A DNA stretch of 63,300 bases from Dehalococcoidia bacterium (GCA_030665785.1 DAOUZA010000001.1:1-63300), one strand, 5' to 3'. Shown: positions 49,959 through 60,000, counted from the stretch's first letter. Notes: generated by a model from the sequence alone, not told the origin. Made by a program: numbers and translations.

Positions 49959-50961
49959 TTTTGAAGTGTTCCCAACCTGCCTTTGTAGGGGTGACGGTAT
50001 TTCCCTTGCTATTTACTAAAGTCACCCGAGCGGGCAGATTCTCGTCGGTTATCTCGCCAATCACGCTCACCGGACAATCTAAAGCACGCTTAACTTTCTC
50101 CATAGTAACTTTATCAGCGGTGAATACCAGTTCATACTCCTCGCCTCCGCTTAAGGCTAGTTCTTGATAGTCTGGAAAATTGGCTTTGACCGAAGGATGC
50201 ACAGGCACCTTGTCTATCTCTATCTTGGCGTTAACTTTGCTCGCCTGACATAAGTGGTCAAGGTCAGCAACGAGCCCATCGCTTATGTCTATGGCGGCAT
50301 TGACTCCTTGCTGTAGCAAGAGCTGTCCCTCTTTTATTCTTGGAGTAGGGCGAAGATGGGCTTGTCTTAAAATGTTGATGGTTTCATCATCAAGTTTGGC
50401 TTTCTCCTGGAGCATTTTTAGACCCGCTGCCGAAAGACCTAAAAAGCCGGTAACTGCTATTTGTTCTCCAGGTATGGCTGTTGACCGCTTGAGTATCCGG
50501 TTATCTTTAGAGCGACCTGTGACGGTGATGGTGATAACCACATTAGGGGAGGAAGCCAGGTTACCGCCAGCTATAGCGACCTCGAATTTATCGGCAAGCT
50601 CTATCATGCCCTGGCAAAAAGCGGAGATGTCTTCCACTTCGAGTTCACCAGGCAAGGCTAGTGAGATTAAGGCGTATTCAGGAATACCACCCATGGCGGC
50701 AATATCGCTCAAGTTCACTGCCATGGCTTTCCAGCCTAACTCCCTCCAACTAATAACGCTGAGGTCAAAGTGGATGTCTTGAACCAGAGTGTCTGTGGTG
50801 GCTAGCTGAATATAATTGCCGCTCTGCCAGGCAGCGGCATCATCGCCAATGCCGACTAAAAGCTGCCGCCAGGAATCATATCGAGGATTTCGGGATTTTT
50901 CAGCGATGCGCTGTATAACATCAATTAAGCCAAATTCCCCCAACTCGGATAGCTTCATCAT
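49930..50961 (-). CDS. thiL: thiamine-monophosphate kinase
   Basis: 343 aa. GIGDDAA and the AIR-synthase-like fold. Two adjacent ATGs at 50961 and 50958. Confidence 0.88.
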   Translation of the reverse strand: MMKLSELGEFGLIDVIQRIAEKSRNPRYDSWRQLLVGIGDDAAAWQSGNYIQLATTDTLVQDIHFDLSVISWRELGWKAMAVNLSDIAAMGGIPEYALISLALPGELEVEDISAFCQGMIELADKFEVAIAGGNLASSPNVVITITVTGRSKDNRILKRSTAIPGEQIAVTGFLGLSAAGLKMLQEKAKLDDETINILRQAHLRPTPRIKEGQLLLQQGVNAAIDISDGLVADLDHLCQASKVNAKIEIDKVPVHPSVKANFPDYQELALSGGEEYELVFTADKVTMEKVKRALDCPVSVIGEITDENLPARVTLVNSKGNTVTPTKAGWEHFKNEVPKTKVA

Positions 50962-50965
50962 TGGG

Positions 50966-50974
50966 ATTATAGCA
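50966..50974 (-). promoter_or_regulatory. extended -10 (TGCTATAAT) immediately upstream of thiL, implying a leaderless mRNA
   Basis: The minus strand reads TGCTATAAT-ccca-ATGATG. Only 4 nt separate the -10 from the first ATG, and there is no SD. Confidence 0.4.
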
Positions 50975-51054
50975 TTCTATGCAGATGTCAAGCATTCTCT
51001 ACCTCTAACGTTTTTTCAATATTAAGGAGTTCACAATACCCTGTTAATCTTCTT

Positions 51055-51759
51055 TTATAGGGATGCCAAGGAACGTAACCACCCAAGCAATGTATTATCC
51101 TTAAGAAAATCTCGATCCGGCGTATCAATTTGTGCCATTAGCTCTGGATTTAAAAAACAATCGGCTCGAGTCCTTATCTTAATATGTGAATCAAGTTGTT
51201 TTACTACCCCAGCAGGATTACCCGCTGCTACAGAATTAGGAGGTATATCCCGCACGACTACAGCACCAGCTCCAATAATGCTGTTATCCCCAATTGTAAC
51301 TCCCTTGCATATAATCGCACTATCCCCTATCCACACATTATTGCCTATCTTGACAGGTAAGGGCTTCCCCCCAGAGACACGATCATAAATATCATGCCAA
51401 TCACTGTCGGTAATGTATGCACTATGGGCAATCATACAGCTATCACCAATTGTTACCTCTAATGCTGCGCTAATCCTCACACCAGGAGATATCAAGCAAT
51501 AATTTCCTATGTGAATACGACCACCTTCAGTGGTGAGTGACCAAACACTAAGTCTGACCTTTTTATCAGATGATGCCACAACATGTACACAATCGCCGAT
51601 CTCCACAGGCCACCCAAATATCTCCACATGCCATGGTTTCATAAATAGCGTCCCTTTGCCAAGATATTTGAGGCGAGGACGTAAAAAGCGGTTGACATAC
51701 CACTGTTGAAATTCAAGATATAATTTTTTGATAATATATGGGCGGTAATCCTTTCTCAA
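51055..51759 (-). CDS. hexapeptide-repeat (LbH) acetyltransferase
   Basis: 234 aa. TTG start with AGGAG upstream. Hexapeptide repeats IGNNVWIGDSAIICKGVTIGDNSIIGAGAVV. Confidence 0.85.
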   Translation of the reverse strand: MRKDYRPYIIKKLYLEFQQWYVNRFLRPRLKYLGKGTLFMKPWHVEIFGWPVEIGDCVHVVASSDKKVRLSVWSLTTEGGRIHIGNYCLISPGVRISAALEVTIGDSCMIAHSAYITDSDWHDIYDRVSGGKPLPVKIGNNVWIGDSAIICKGVTIGDNSIIGAGAVVVRDIPPNSVAAGNPAGVVKQLDSHIKIRTRADCFLNPELMAQIDTPDRDFLKDNTLLGWLRSLASL

Positions 51760-51874
51760 TATCGCTTACTCCTGTGTTCGCCTTACTTGTTCCAGACCAT
51801 TAAAATTCGGCTTGCTTTGGTGATTATAGCATTCAGCACACATTAGCCTCAATTTCACTATGCTGCCCTATGGA

Positions 51875-51883
51875 TGGTATAGT
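51875..51883 (+). promoter_or_regulatory. extended -10 (TGGTATAGT) 7 nt upstream of the phosphoesterase ATG, implying a leaderless mRNA
   Basis: TGGTATAGT-tggcgtc-ATG (51891), with no SD. Confidence 0.4.
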
Positions 51884-51890
51884 TGGCGTC

Positions 51891-52637
51891 ATGCGTTATG
51901 CTATCCTCGCTGATATCCATAGCAATCTGGTTGCTTTTCAGGCTGTACTTCGAGATATGGAAGACAAAGGGAAAGTTGATGAGATATGGTGCTTGGGCGA
52001 TGTAGTGGGTTATGGGCCTGAGCCTCATGCCTGTATTGAGCTCTTGCGTCAATACGAGCATATTTGTGTTGCCGGCAATCATGATTGGGCAGCTATTGGT
52101 AAGCTTGATATCTCCGATTTTAATCCTTATGCAACTCAGGCTATTCTTTGGACCAGAAAGCAATTGGGTGCTGGAGATGTGGATTATCTGCAAAATCTTC
52201 CCCAGAGGACGAAGAAGGGTGATTTTACCCTGGTTCACGGTAGCCCTCGCTATCCGATCTGGGAATATCTTGAGCCGGGATGGTTAACAACGGAGGATGT
52301 TGAGGATAACTTCAACCGGTTTGACACCAAATTTTGTCTTGTAGGTCATTCTCATAAGCCGATAATTTTCCAGCAGGATAGTTCAGGGCGTTACTTCGTT
52401 GGCGGAATTCCCAGCGAAATAAAGCTGAGTTCTCAAAACAATCGTTTAATTATCAACCCTGGTGGTGTAGGACAACCTCGTGATGGTGACCCGAGAGCTA
52501 GTTATGCTATCTATGATAGCGATGCTCAAATAGTATATCATTATCGGGTTAACTATGATATAAATGCCACTCAGCAAAAAATGCTAGAATATAATTTACC
52601 TTTGCCTTTGATTGAGCGATTAAGTTATGGGTATTAG
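51891..52637 (+). CDS. metallophosphoesterase (calcineurin-like)
   Basis: MRYAILADIHSN, GDVVGYG, GNHD and GHSH. The track start 51870 adds 7 non-conserved residues. Confidence 0.85.
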   Translation: MRYAILADIHSNLVAFQAVLRDMEDKGKVDEIWCLGDVVGYGPEPHACIELLRQYEHICVAGNHDWAAIGKLDISDFNPYATQAILWTRKQLGAGDVDYLQNLPQRTKKGDFTLVHGSPRYPIWEYLEPGWLTTEDVEDNFNRFDTKFCLVGHSHKPIIFQQDSSGRYFVGGIPSEIKLSSQNNRLIINPGGVGQPRDGDPRASYAIYDSDAQIVYHYRVNYDINATQQKMLEYNLPLPLIERLSYGY

Positions 52638-52665
52638 TATGTTATACTAGAAAGTTTGATAGTGA

Positions 52666-52962
52666 ATGCCAGAAATGAGTGATTATGAGTTGGTAACCAT
52701 AATAAACCCCGAAGTTGATGGGGAGAAACTACCTGAGATTATAGATAATCTCGGCAAGCTTATTACTGATAAGGGTGGAGTTGTAGAGTCGACGGAGCAA
52801 TGGGGAATGCGGAAGTTAGCCTATTCCATAAAGAAATGCATGGAAGCTAATTATATTTTGACTAAATTCAAGCTGGAGCCTAATTTGATGAAGCAGCTTA
52901 ACGCTGAAATCAAGGCTTCAGAGGAAATTCTGCGACATCTTATAGTAAAACGGGAGGGTTAA
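52666..52962 (+). CDS. rpsF: 30S ribosomal protein S6
   Basis: 98 aa. YELVTIINP...WGMRKLAY. rpsF-ssb-rpsR gene order. Confidence 0.92.
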   Translation: MPEMSDYELVTIINPEVDGEKLPEIIDNLGKLITDKGGVVESTEQWGMRKLAYSIKKCMEANYILTKFKLEPNLMKQLNAEIKASEEILRHLIVKREG

Positions 52963-52965
52963 GAG

Positions 52966-53388
52966 ATGGCAAGTTTGGCTAAAGTGATACTTATCGGCAA
53001 TGTAGGCGGTGACCCTGAAATGCGCTATACCCCGAATGGCAATCCGGTTACCTCTTTTCGTATGGCTACTAATCGTCGTTACACCACCTCTGCGGGAGAG
53101 ACCAAGGAGGAAACGGATTGGTTTAGAATTAGTGTTTGGGGCAAGCAAGCGGAGGCCTGCAATCAATTTGTAACCAAAGGTAAGCAGGTTTATGTGGAGG
53201 GAAGATTGCATGCTCGCAACTGGGAAGGGCAGGATGGGCAGGTGCGTACTAGTCTTGAAGTAACTGCAAATCAAGTGCTTTTCCTTGGTAAGCCAGGAGC
53301 TGTAGCTCCCCTTCCTGAAGAGGGTGTTCCTGAAGAGGGTGTTCCTGCAGAAGGCGAGATTGAGCCTGGAGATTTACCTTTTGATTAA
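52966..53388 (+). CDS. ssb: single-stranded DNA-binding protein
   Basis: 140 aa. OB fold (WFRISVWGKQAE) and an acidic tail ending DLPFD. Confidence 0.93.
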   Translation: MASLAKVILIGNVGGDPEMRYTPNGNPVTSFRMATNRRYTTSAGETKEETDWFRISVWGKQAEACNQFVTKGKQVYVEGRLHARNWEGQDGQVRTSLEVTANQVLFLGKPGAVAPLPEEGVPEEGVPAEGEIEPGDLPFD

Positions 53389-53405
53389 TTTGAAGGAGTA
53401 GAAGA

Positions 53406-53702
53406 TTGGCTAATTTTACAGCAGGACGAACAAGGAGCTTCACCCGTAAGCCTCCGGTTTGCCCTTTTTGCACTGGAAGGGCAACCATAGACTATAAAGA
53501 TGCTGCTACCTTATCTCAATATCTCACCAGCCATGGGAGCATTGGATCGCGACATATGACCAAGGCTTGTGCTAAGCATCAACGGGCTATAGCACGGGCT
53601 ATAAGGAGGGCTCGTTTTTTGGCTTTGTTGCCTTACGCCTCAGTTCATATCTGGAAAACAGGCGGTGTAGGCTTGTCTGAATCAAGACATCGTAGGAGTT
53701 AA
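53406..53702 (+). CDS. rpsR: 30S ribosomal protein S18
   Basis: 98 aa. TTG start with GAAGGAG 9 nt upstream. CPFC...IDYKD...LSQYL. Confidence 0.9.
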   Translation: MANFTAGRTRSFTRKPPVCPFCTGRATIDYKDAATLSQYLTSHGSIGSRHMTKACAKHQRAIARAIRRARFLALLPYASVHIWKTGGVGLSESRHRRS

Positions 53703-53843
53703 ATGCCTAAGCGAACTTATCAGCCAAAGAAGCTTCCCAGGAAGAGAAAGCTAGGCTTTCGCGCCAGAATGGCTACTCGGGGTGGAAGGAAAGTGCTCAA
53801 GCAAAGGCGTCTTAAAGGGCGGTGGAGGTTAACCCCTGTTTAA
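53703..53843 (+). CDS. rpmH: 50S ribosomal protein L34
   Basis: Not in the ORF track (46 aa). ATG follows the rpsR TAA directly. [46 protein letters not shown] matches the L34 signature. Confidence 0.92.
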   Translation: MPKRTYQPKKLPRKRKLGFRARMATRGGRKVLKQRRLKGRWRLTPV

Positions 53844-53847
53844 TTGC

Positions 53848-54210
53848 ATGAGACGACCTTTGAGTCTAACTAAGAAAGCAGATTACTTTTCAGTTTACCA
53901 GAGAGGCAGGATATGGAAGGGAGATTTAGTAATGGTGAAGACTTTGCCCACTGGCTTAAGTTCGAGCCGGTATGGTCTCTCGGTGAGCAAGAAGGTGGGC
54001 AATGCGGTAACACGTAATCGGTTGAAACGCTTATTAAGAGAGATAATGAGGCTACAAATGATAAAGCAAGGATGGGATATAGTATTTATTGTTCGGGCTG
54101 AAGCAGCGGATGCTGATTATCATCAATTGAAAAATTCGGTGACTAAATTATTGGCTCAGGCGCAATTGTTAATAGACAATGATAAAACAATTAATCCTCG
54201 ATTTGATTGA
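53848..54210 (+). CDS. rnpA: ribonuclease P protein component
   Basis: 120 aa. [18 protein letters not shown]. Follows rpmH. Confidence 0.88.
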   Translation: MRRPLSLTKKADYFSVYQRGRIWKGDLVMVKTLPTGLSSSRYGLSVSKKVGNAVTRNRLKRLLREIMRLQMIKQGWDIVFIVRAEAADADYHQLKNSVTKLLAQAQLLIDNDKTINPRFD

Positions 54211-54391
54211 ATTATATCAAACAACGATATCAGAAGTTACTCCGCATTCCTGCCGTTACCAACCCACTTGCTCTCAATATGCTCATGAAGCAGTTGGAAG
54301 GTATGGATTTATTAGAGGTAGCTGGTTGGCAATTAAACGGTTGGCTCGGTGCAATCCTTTCTTTAAAGGGGGATACGACCCTGTGCCTTGA
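54179..54391 (+). CDS. yidD: membrane protein insertion efficiency factor YidD
   Basis: 70 aa. [14 protein letters not shown]. Overlaps rnpA by 32 nt. Confidence 0.9.
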   Translation: MIKQLILDLIELYQTTISEVTPHSCRYQPTCSQYAHEAVGRYGFIRGSWLAIKRLARCNPFFKGGYDPVP

Positions 54392-54412
54392 TTATAATGC
54401 TAGATAATTGAA

Positions 54413-55597
54413 GTGAAGCAAGTAAAGATATTATTCCTCATCGCATTTTCTCTTCTTGGGTTAGTCCTGGCTTCTTGTGTTCCTGGGGGAACTCAGCCAG
54501 CACAGGGATGGTCCGGAATTACCCTTAATGATGGCATCCTCTACCTGGGCTCTATGGAGGGCAAAATTATGGCAGTAAATCCCTCTGCTCGAAGTCAGAA
54601 TCTCAGTTTCCCCGCAGATGGGGAGTGGGAGTACCCTATCACTGCCCCTTCTGGAGGGGGGTTGTCCTGTAGTCAGACATCCACCTCTGTTGCCATATAT
54701 GGCACACCCGCTGTGGATGGAGATTTAGTGTTTACCGGGGGCTATAATGGTAAAGTCTATGCGCTAAACACCTCAGCCCGAAGCCAGAATTTGGATTTCC
54801 CTCAAATGAGAGACAATGAATGGTTCTATCCCAAGACAAATGAGGTAATAGGGGCTATTGTGGGCAGCCCGGTGGTAAGCGAGGATGCTATATATGTAAC
54901 AAGTTCGAATGGCAAGGTGTATTCTTTAGACAAACATTTTGGCGATAAAAAATGGGAATCGGATGTTCTCGCTAAAAAATTGTGGTCCACTCCCTATATT
55001 GAAGGGAATAAGGTTTACATAAGTACCTTTGATGGGCATCTTTATGCCTTATCGGCTGAGGATGGCAGTATAACCTGGAGTTTTGCCACAGAGTCAGGAA
55101 TAGGATTTGTTTCCTCTCCTGCAGTTTGTGAAGGGACCATATTTGAGGGTTCCTTTGATGACAATCTTTATGCTGTGAAGATAGGGGAGAGTGAACCACT
55201 GTGGAATTTCACCAGTGGCAATTGCTTTTGGGCTGCGCCTGTGGTTAGCAACAGCACTGTTTATGCTGGATGTCTTGATGGCAAGCTCTATGCTATTGAT
55301 GCTGATAATGGCACAGAATTATGGTCTTTTGATGTAGGCAGCCCCATAGTCGTCTCACCACTTCTGGTGGATGATTTGCTGGTAGTAGTCTCTGATAAAG
55401 GAATGGTTTATCTTCTTAAAACTGACGCTGTGGAGGATAACAGGTTACTAAAGGAGTTATCCATTGGTGTTTCTGTTCAAGCATCTCCTTGCGTTCTGGA
55501 TGGCATGGTGTATGTTCGTGGTCAGGATAATTGTCTATATGCTCTGGATATTGAACGAGGGGTGGTAATTTGGAAATTTCCTCTAACTACTCATTAG
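54413..55597 (+). CDS. PQQ-like beta-propeller repeat lipoprotein (BamB-like fold)
   Basis: 394 aa. GTG start. Lipobox LVLASC. Repeated G.(V/L)YA(L/V/I) blade motifs. An internal duplicated motif reads N(P/T)SARSQNL(S/D)FP. Confidence 0.8.
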   Translation: MKQVKILFLIAFSLLGLVLASCVPGGTQPAQGWSGITLNDGILYLGSMEGKIMAVNPSARSQNLSFPADGEWEYPITAPSGGGLSCSQTSTSVAIYGTPAVDGDLVFTGGYNGKVYALNTSARSQNLDFPQMRDNEWFYPKTNEVIGAIVGSPVVSEDAIYVTSSNGKVYSLDKHFGDKKWESDVLAKKLWSTPYIEGNKVYISTFDGHLYALSAEDGSITWSFATESGIGFVSSPAVCEGTIFEGSFDDNLYAVKIGESEPLWNFTSGNCFWAAPVVSNSTVYAGCLDGKLYAIDADNGTELWSFDVGSPIVVSPLLVDDLLVVVSDKGMVYLLKTDAVEDNRLLKELSIGVSVQASPCVLDGMVYVRGQDNCLYALDIERGVVIWKFPLTTH

Positions 55598-55610
55598 AAG
55601 GTTTGTAATC

Positions 55611-56387
55611 ATGGCTGAGTTATGGAATTTAATTATCCTCAACCCGATGCTTAATGGGCTGATTGCGCTGAGCAGCGTTTTTGAGGGCAGTTTTGGGCTG
55701 GCTATCATTGCTCTTACCGTTATAGTTCGTTTGATACTATTGCCTCTTACTTTGAAGCAGCTCAAATCCACCAAATCTTTGCAAGGAATGCAGCCCAAAA
55801 TTCAGGAATTGCAGAAGAAGTATGGCAAGAACCAAAAGAAGCTCCAGCAGGAGATGATGAAACTTTATAAAGAGGCGGGAGTCAATCCTCTGGGTTGCAT
55901 ATGGCCGATGCTAGTTCAATTTCCAGTGTGGATTGCCCTTTACCAATCTATCATGCGAGCCTTGGCTACTACGCCTGAAAGCTTGTTGGACTTATTCCGG
56001 CATCTTTACTCCTGGGAGGTAGTGGCTCAAGCCCTTCCGCTGGATAGCCATTTCTTATGGCTTAATTTAGGGTCTCCTGACAGCACCTTGATTTTAGCCA
56101 TTATAGTGGGTGGCTCAATGTGGGTACAACAGAAAATGGTGACTGCTCCCTCTGCTGACCCGAGGCAGAAGTCAATGAACAGCATGATGCTGCTTATGAT
56201 GCCATTTATGTTTGGGCTGTTCACCTTGATGTTTCCCAGCGGTCTGTCTCTTTTCTGGGCAGTTTCCAATGTGATTGGCATTGGGATTCAGTACTGGATT
56301 ACGGGATGGGGTTACTTGAGACGAGGTGCTTCGACTGAGTTAGTAACTAAGGTAGGAGGGAAGGGTGGCATTACAAAAAGACCTTAA
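55611..56387 (+). CDS. yidC: membrane protein insertase YidC (short, Gram-positive type)
   Basis: 258 aa. LLPLTLKQLKSTKSLQGMQPKIQELQKKYG. Confidence 0.92.
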   Translation: MAELWNLIILNPMLNGLIALSSVFEGSFGLAIIALTVIVRLILLPLTLKQLKSTKSLQGMQPKIQELQKKYGKNQKKLQQEMMKLYKEAGVNPLGCIWPMLVQFPVWIALYQSIMRALATTPESLLDLFRHLYSWEVVAQALPLDSHFLWLNLGSPDSTLILAIIVGGSMWVQQKMVTAPSADPRQKSMNSMMLLMMPFMFGLFTLMFPSGLSLFWAVSNVIGIGIQYWITGWGYLRRGASTELVTKVGGKGGITKRP

Positions 56388-56432
56388 AGTGGCTTAACAC
56401 CGTGAAGAATTACTGAAAAGAATGGTTAAGAT

Positions 56433-57065
56433 ATGGATGAACTGGAGATAGCTGCAAGCACGGTTGAGGAAGCGCTGGAGGAAGCAGAAGAGCGACTGGG
56501 GATGAAGCGAGACCGGTTTGAAGTAGAGGTTATTAGTGAAGGGAAGTCAGGGATTTTAGGCATAGGAGGTGAGGAAGCTGTAATTAAGGTGAAGCCCTTA
56601 CCTCCAGCGGAGGAAGATTTAGTTAAAGTAGCCAGGGAAGTTCTGGATAAGTTGCTCAACTTATTAGGGGTAACAGCTGAAGTCGAAGTTCTGTCTGACC
56701 AGATACCGACGACTTTTAATATCAAAGGTGATGATTTAGGTATTTTAATTGGACGGCATGGTCAAACTATAGTTTCTTTGGAGTATATTGTTAAACTTAT
56801 AGTGGCTGCGCGATTAAAAGGTTGGCAGCCGCTTTTTATCGATATTGGTGGATACCGGGAACGTCGTCGTAGTTCACTTCAGCAATTAGCTTTGCACCTG
56901 GCGGAACAGGTTAAATTAGAGCATCGTGACATAACCCTGGAGCCAATGTCTGCTAGTGAACGCCGCATTATCCACCTTGCCTTAGCTGAGCATCCTGAAG
57001 TGGTAACTCATAGCATAGGTGTGGGTGAGGATAGGAAAGTAGTTATTTCGCCAAAGCAGAGCTAA
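56433..57065 (+). CDS. jag: Jag/KhpB RNA-binding protein (KH plus R3H)
   Basis: 210 aa. R3H region ERRIIHLAL. Follows yidC as in many bacteria. Confidence 0.85.
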   Translation: MDELEIAASTVEEALEEAEERLGMKRDRFEVEVISEGKSGILGIGGEEAVIKVKPLPPAEEDLVKVAREVLDKLLNLLGVTAEVEVLSDQIPTTFNIKGDDLGILIGRHGQTIVSLEYIVKLIVAARLKGWQPLFIDIGGYRERRRSSLQQLALHLAEQVKLEHRDITLEPMSASERRIIHLALAEHPEVVTHSIGVGEDRKVVISPKQS

Positions 57066-57068
57066 GCC

Positions 57069-60000
57069 ATGTTTCATGAGGTAAATAGCAAAATAAGTTT
57101 CCCTCAACTAGAGAAGGATATCCTCCGTTATTGGAAAGAGCATAATATCTTTAACAAGAGCGTTGGGGTGAGGGAGGGGGCGAAGAGGTATGTTTTTTAT
57201 GAAGGACCACCTACTGCTAACGGTAGTCCAGGGATACATCATGTAATTTCCCGTCTGTTTAAAGATGCTGTTTGCCGGTATAAAACGATGAAGGGTTATT
57301 ATGTGCCACGCAAGGCTGGATGGGATACCCATGGTTTGCCTGTGGAGTTGGAGGTAGAAGACACCCTTGGATTTACCAACAAGGCTCAAATTGAGGAGTA
57401 TGGGATAGCCCAATTCAACCAGAAGTGTCGGGAAAGCGTTTTTAAGTATATCAAGGAATGGGAGGCAATGACTGAGCGTATTGGCTACTGGCTGGACATG
57501 GAGAACCCCTACATAACGCTGGATAATGGCTATATCGAATCTTGCTGGTGGGCGATAAAGCAGTTATGGGATAAAGGGCTTATTTATCAGGGATACAAGG
57601 TAACGCCGCATTGTCCCCGGTGTGGGACGTCTCTCAGCTCCCATGAAGTAGCCTTGGGATATCGAGATGATGCTGTGGATCCTTCAGTTTATATAAAATT
57701 TAAACTAGATGAAATGTCATTAGTACATTCTGAAATTACTGACCGTCAATTAGTATTTAAGCTTGGCGGACTTTTTTCACATAAGCCTGCCTTTTTCCTA
57801 GCTTGGACGACCACTCCGTGGACTCTGCCCGGTAATACCGCCCTGGCGGTAGCTCCTGATGTTGAATATGCTGTGGTAGAGTTGGAGGATGAGTGCCTTA
57901 TTCTTGCTAAAGCATTGCTTGAACATGTCGGGCTGGATAGCTATGAGGTAGTAGAAACATTAAAGGGAAATGAACTTGTAAATGCTACGTATGAACCCTT
58001 ATTTAATCCTCATAAGTATGGAGTAGAGAGAAGGCGACCTCAAACGTATTTCAGTCCTGGTGAAATGTCTGTGCCTAGGATACTGGAAGTGCAGGAACCG
58101 AAAGAAGATTTAACCTACCATGTAATTACTACTGATTTTGTATCCATAGAGGAAGGAACGGGAATTGTCCATGTTGCCCCTGCCTACGGTGAGGTTGACT
58201 TTGAGGCAATGCTGTCTAATGAACCAAAAGTTGATTTTGTTCACATGGTAAATTTAGAGGGGAAGCTTACCGGCAGTTATCCCTTTTCTGGCAAGTTTGT
58301 CAAAGATGCTGACCCACTTATCCTTGAAGACCTTAAATCACGTGGGCTTCTTTATCGCAGCGAGAAGATTACCCATACTTACCCATTTTGCTGGCGCTGC
58401 GAATCTCCTCTCCTTTATTATGCTAAAGAAGCGTGGTATATCAAAACAACGGCGATAAAAGATAGGCTCATTCGTGGTAACAAAGAAATAAATTGGTATC
58501 CTGATTATATCAAGTATGGCCGTTTCGGCGATTGGCTGGAAAACAACGTTGATTGGGCGGTCTCCAGGGAGCGTTATTGGGGGACGCCGCTGAATATCTG
58601 GCGGTGTGAATCCTGTGGCAATCTTGAATGTGTAGGTAGCGTTGAGGAATTAAAGGCAAAGCCAAAACTGACAGTTGGCAGCTATCAGCTGGAAGCTTTC
58701 AGAGATTTACATCGTCCTTATGTAGATGAAATCACTTTCGCTTGCCCCAAATGTGATGGCACAATGCGGCGTGTTCCTGATGTGATAGATTGCTGGTTTG
58801 ACTCGGGTGCTATGCCTATAGCTCAATGGCATTATCCCTTTGAGAATAAGGAGCAATTTGAGCAGAATTTCCCTGCTGATTTTATTTGTGAAGCTATTGA
58901 CCAAACTCGAGGTTGGTTTTACAGCCTACATGCTATATCCACACTACTCTTTGACCGTCCTTGTTTTAAGAACGTTGCCTGTTTAGGGCATATCGTGGAT
59001 GCTCAAGGTGAAAAGATGAGTAAGTCTAAGAATAATGTGGTTGACCCCTGGCTGGTGGTGGATAACTATGGTGCCGATGTGCTTCGTTGGCATTTGCTTA
59101 CCGCAGCACCTGGAGAAAATGTCCATAGGTTTTCCACGCAAATGGTGGCTGATACAATGCGGGGAGATTTGCTTACTTTATGGAATACCTATTCCTTCTT
59201 TGTCCTTTACGCTAATATTGACCATTTTGTTCCTCAAGAGACAACGCCGAGTCTATCTCCTTCTCACCTGGATAACTGGATCATCTCGGAGCTCAATCGG
59301 CTTATCGCTGACATGACCAGGGCGCTGGATAATTATGACCTTACTTCAGCAGCACGTAGAGCCGGGGATTTTGTGGACGAGCTTTCCAACTGGTATGTAA
59401 GGAGGAGCAGGCGACGATTTTGGAAAAGCGAGGAAGATGCCGATAAGTTAGCTGCTTATAACACGCTATACCAGTGCCTGGTAACTTTGTCGAAGCTGTT
59501 AGCTCCGCTTGTTCCCTTCACAGCTGAGGAAATTTACCGAAACCTGGTTTGTTCTGCTGATTCGCAAGCTCCTGAAAGCGTGCATCTGACCGATTTTCCG
59601 TTAGCAAATGAAGCTAAAATTGATGATAGGCTAAGCGCTGAAGTTAGCTTAGCAACGAAAATAGCTAGTCTGGGCAGAGCGGCGCGAGCTAAAGCGGGCA
59701 TCAAGGTGCGACAACCATTGGATAAAGCAATTATTACATTAACGCAGGAAAGCGAAATGGATGCTTTACGGAAGTTCGCCTCTGATGTTATGGATGAGAT
59801 AAACGTTAAGGAACTAAAGTTCGTCAAGGACATGCTCTCGGAAGACATGCCTCATTATGCTGTGGCTAACGATGAAAAACATTGGGTAGCTGTAGATACA
59901 AGGCTATCTCCCCAACTTAAAGCTGAAGGTGTAAGCAGGGAGATTGTACGTCATATCCAGACTATGCGTCGTGCTGCAGGATTTGATGTTGCTGACCATA

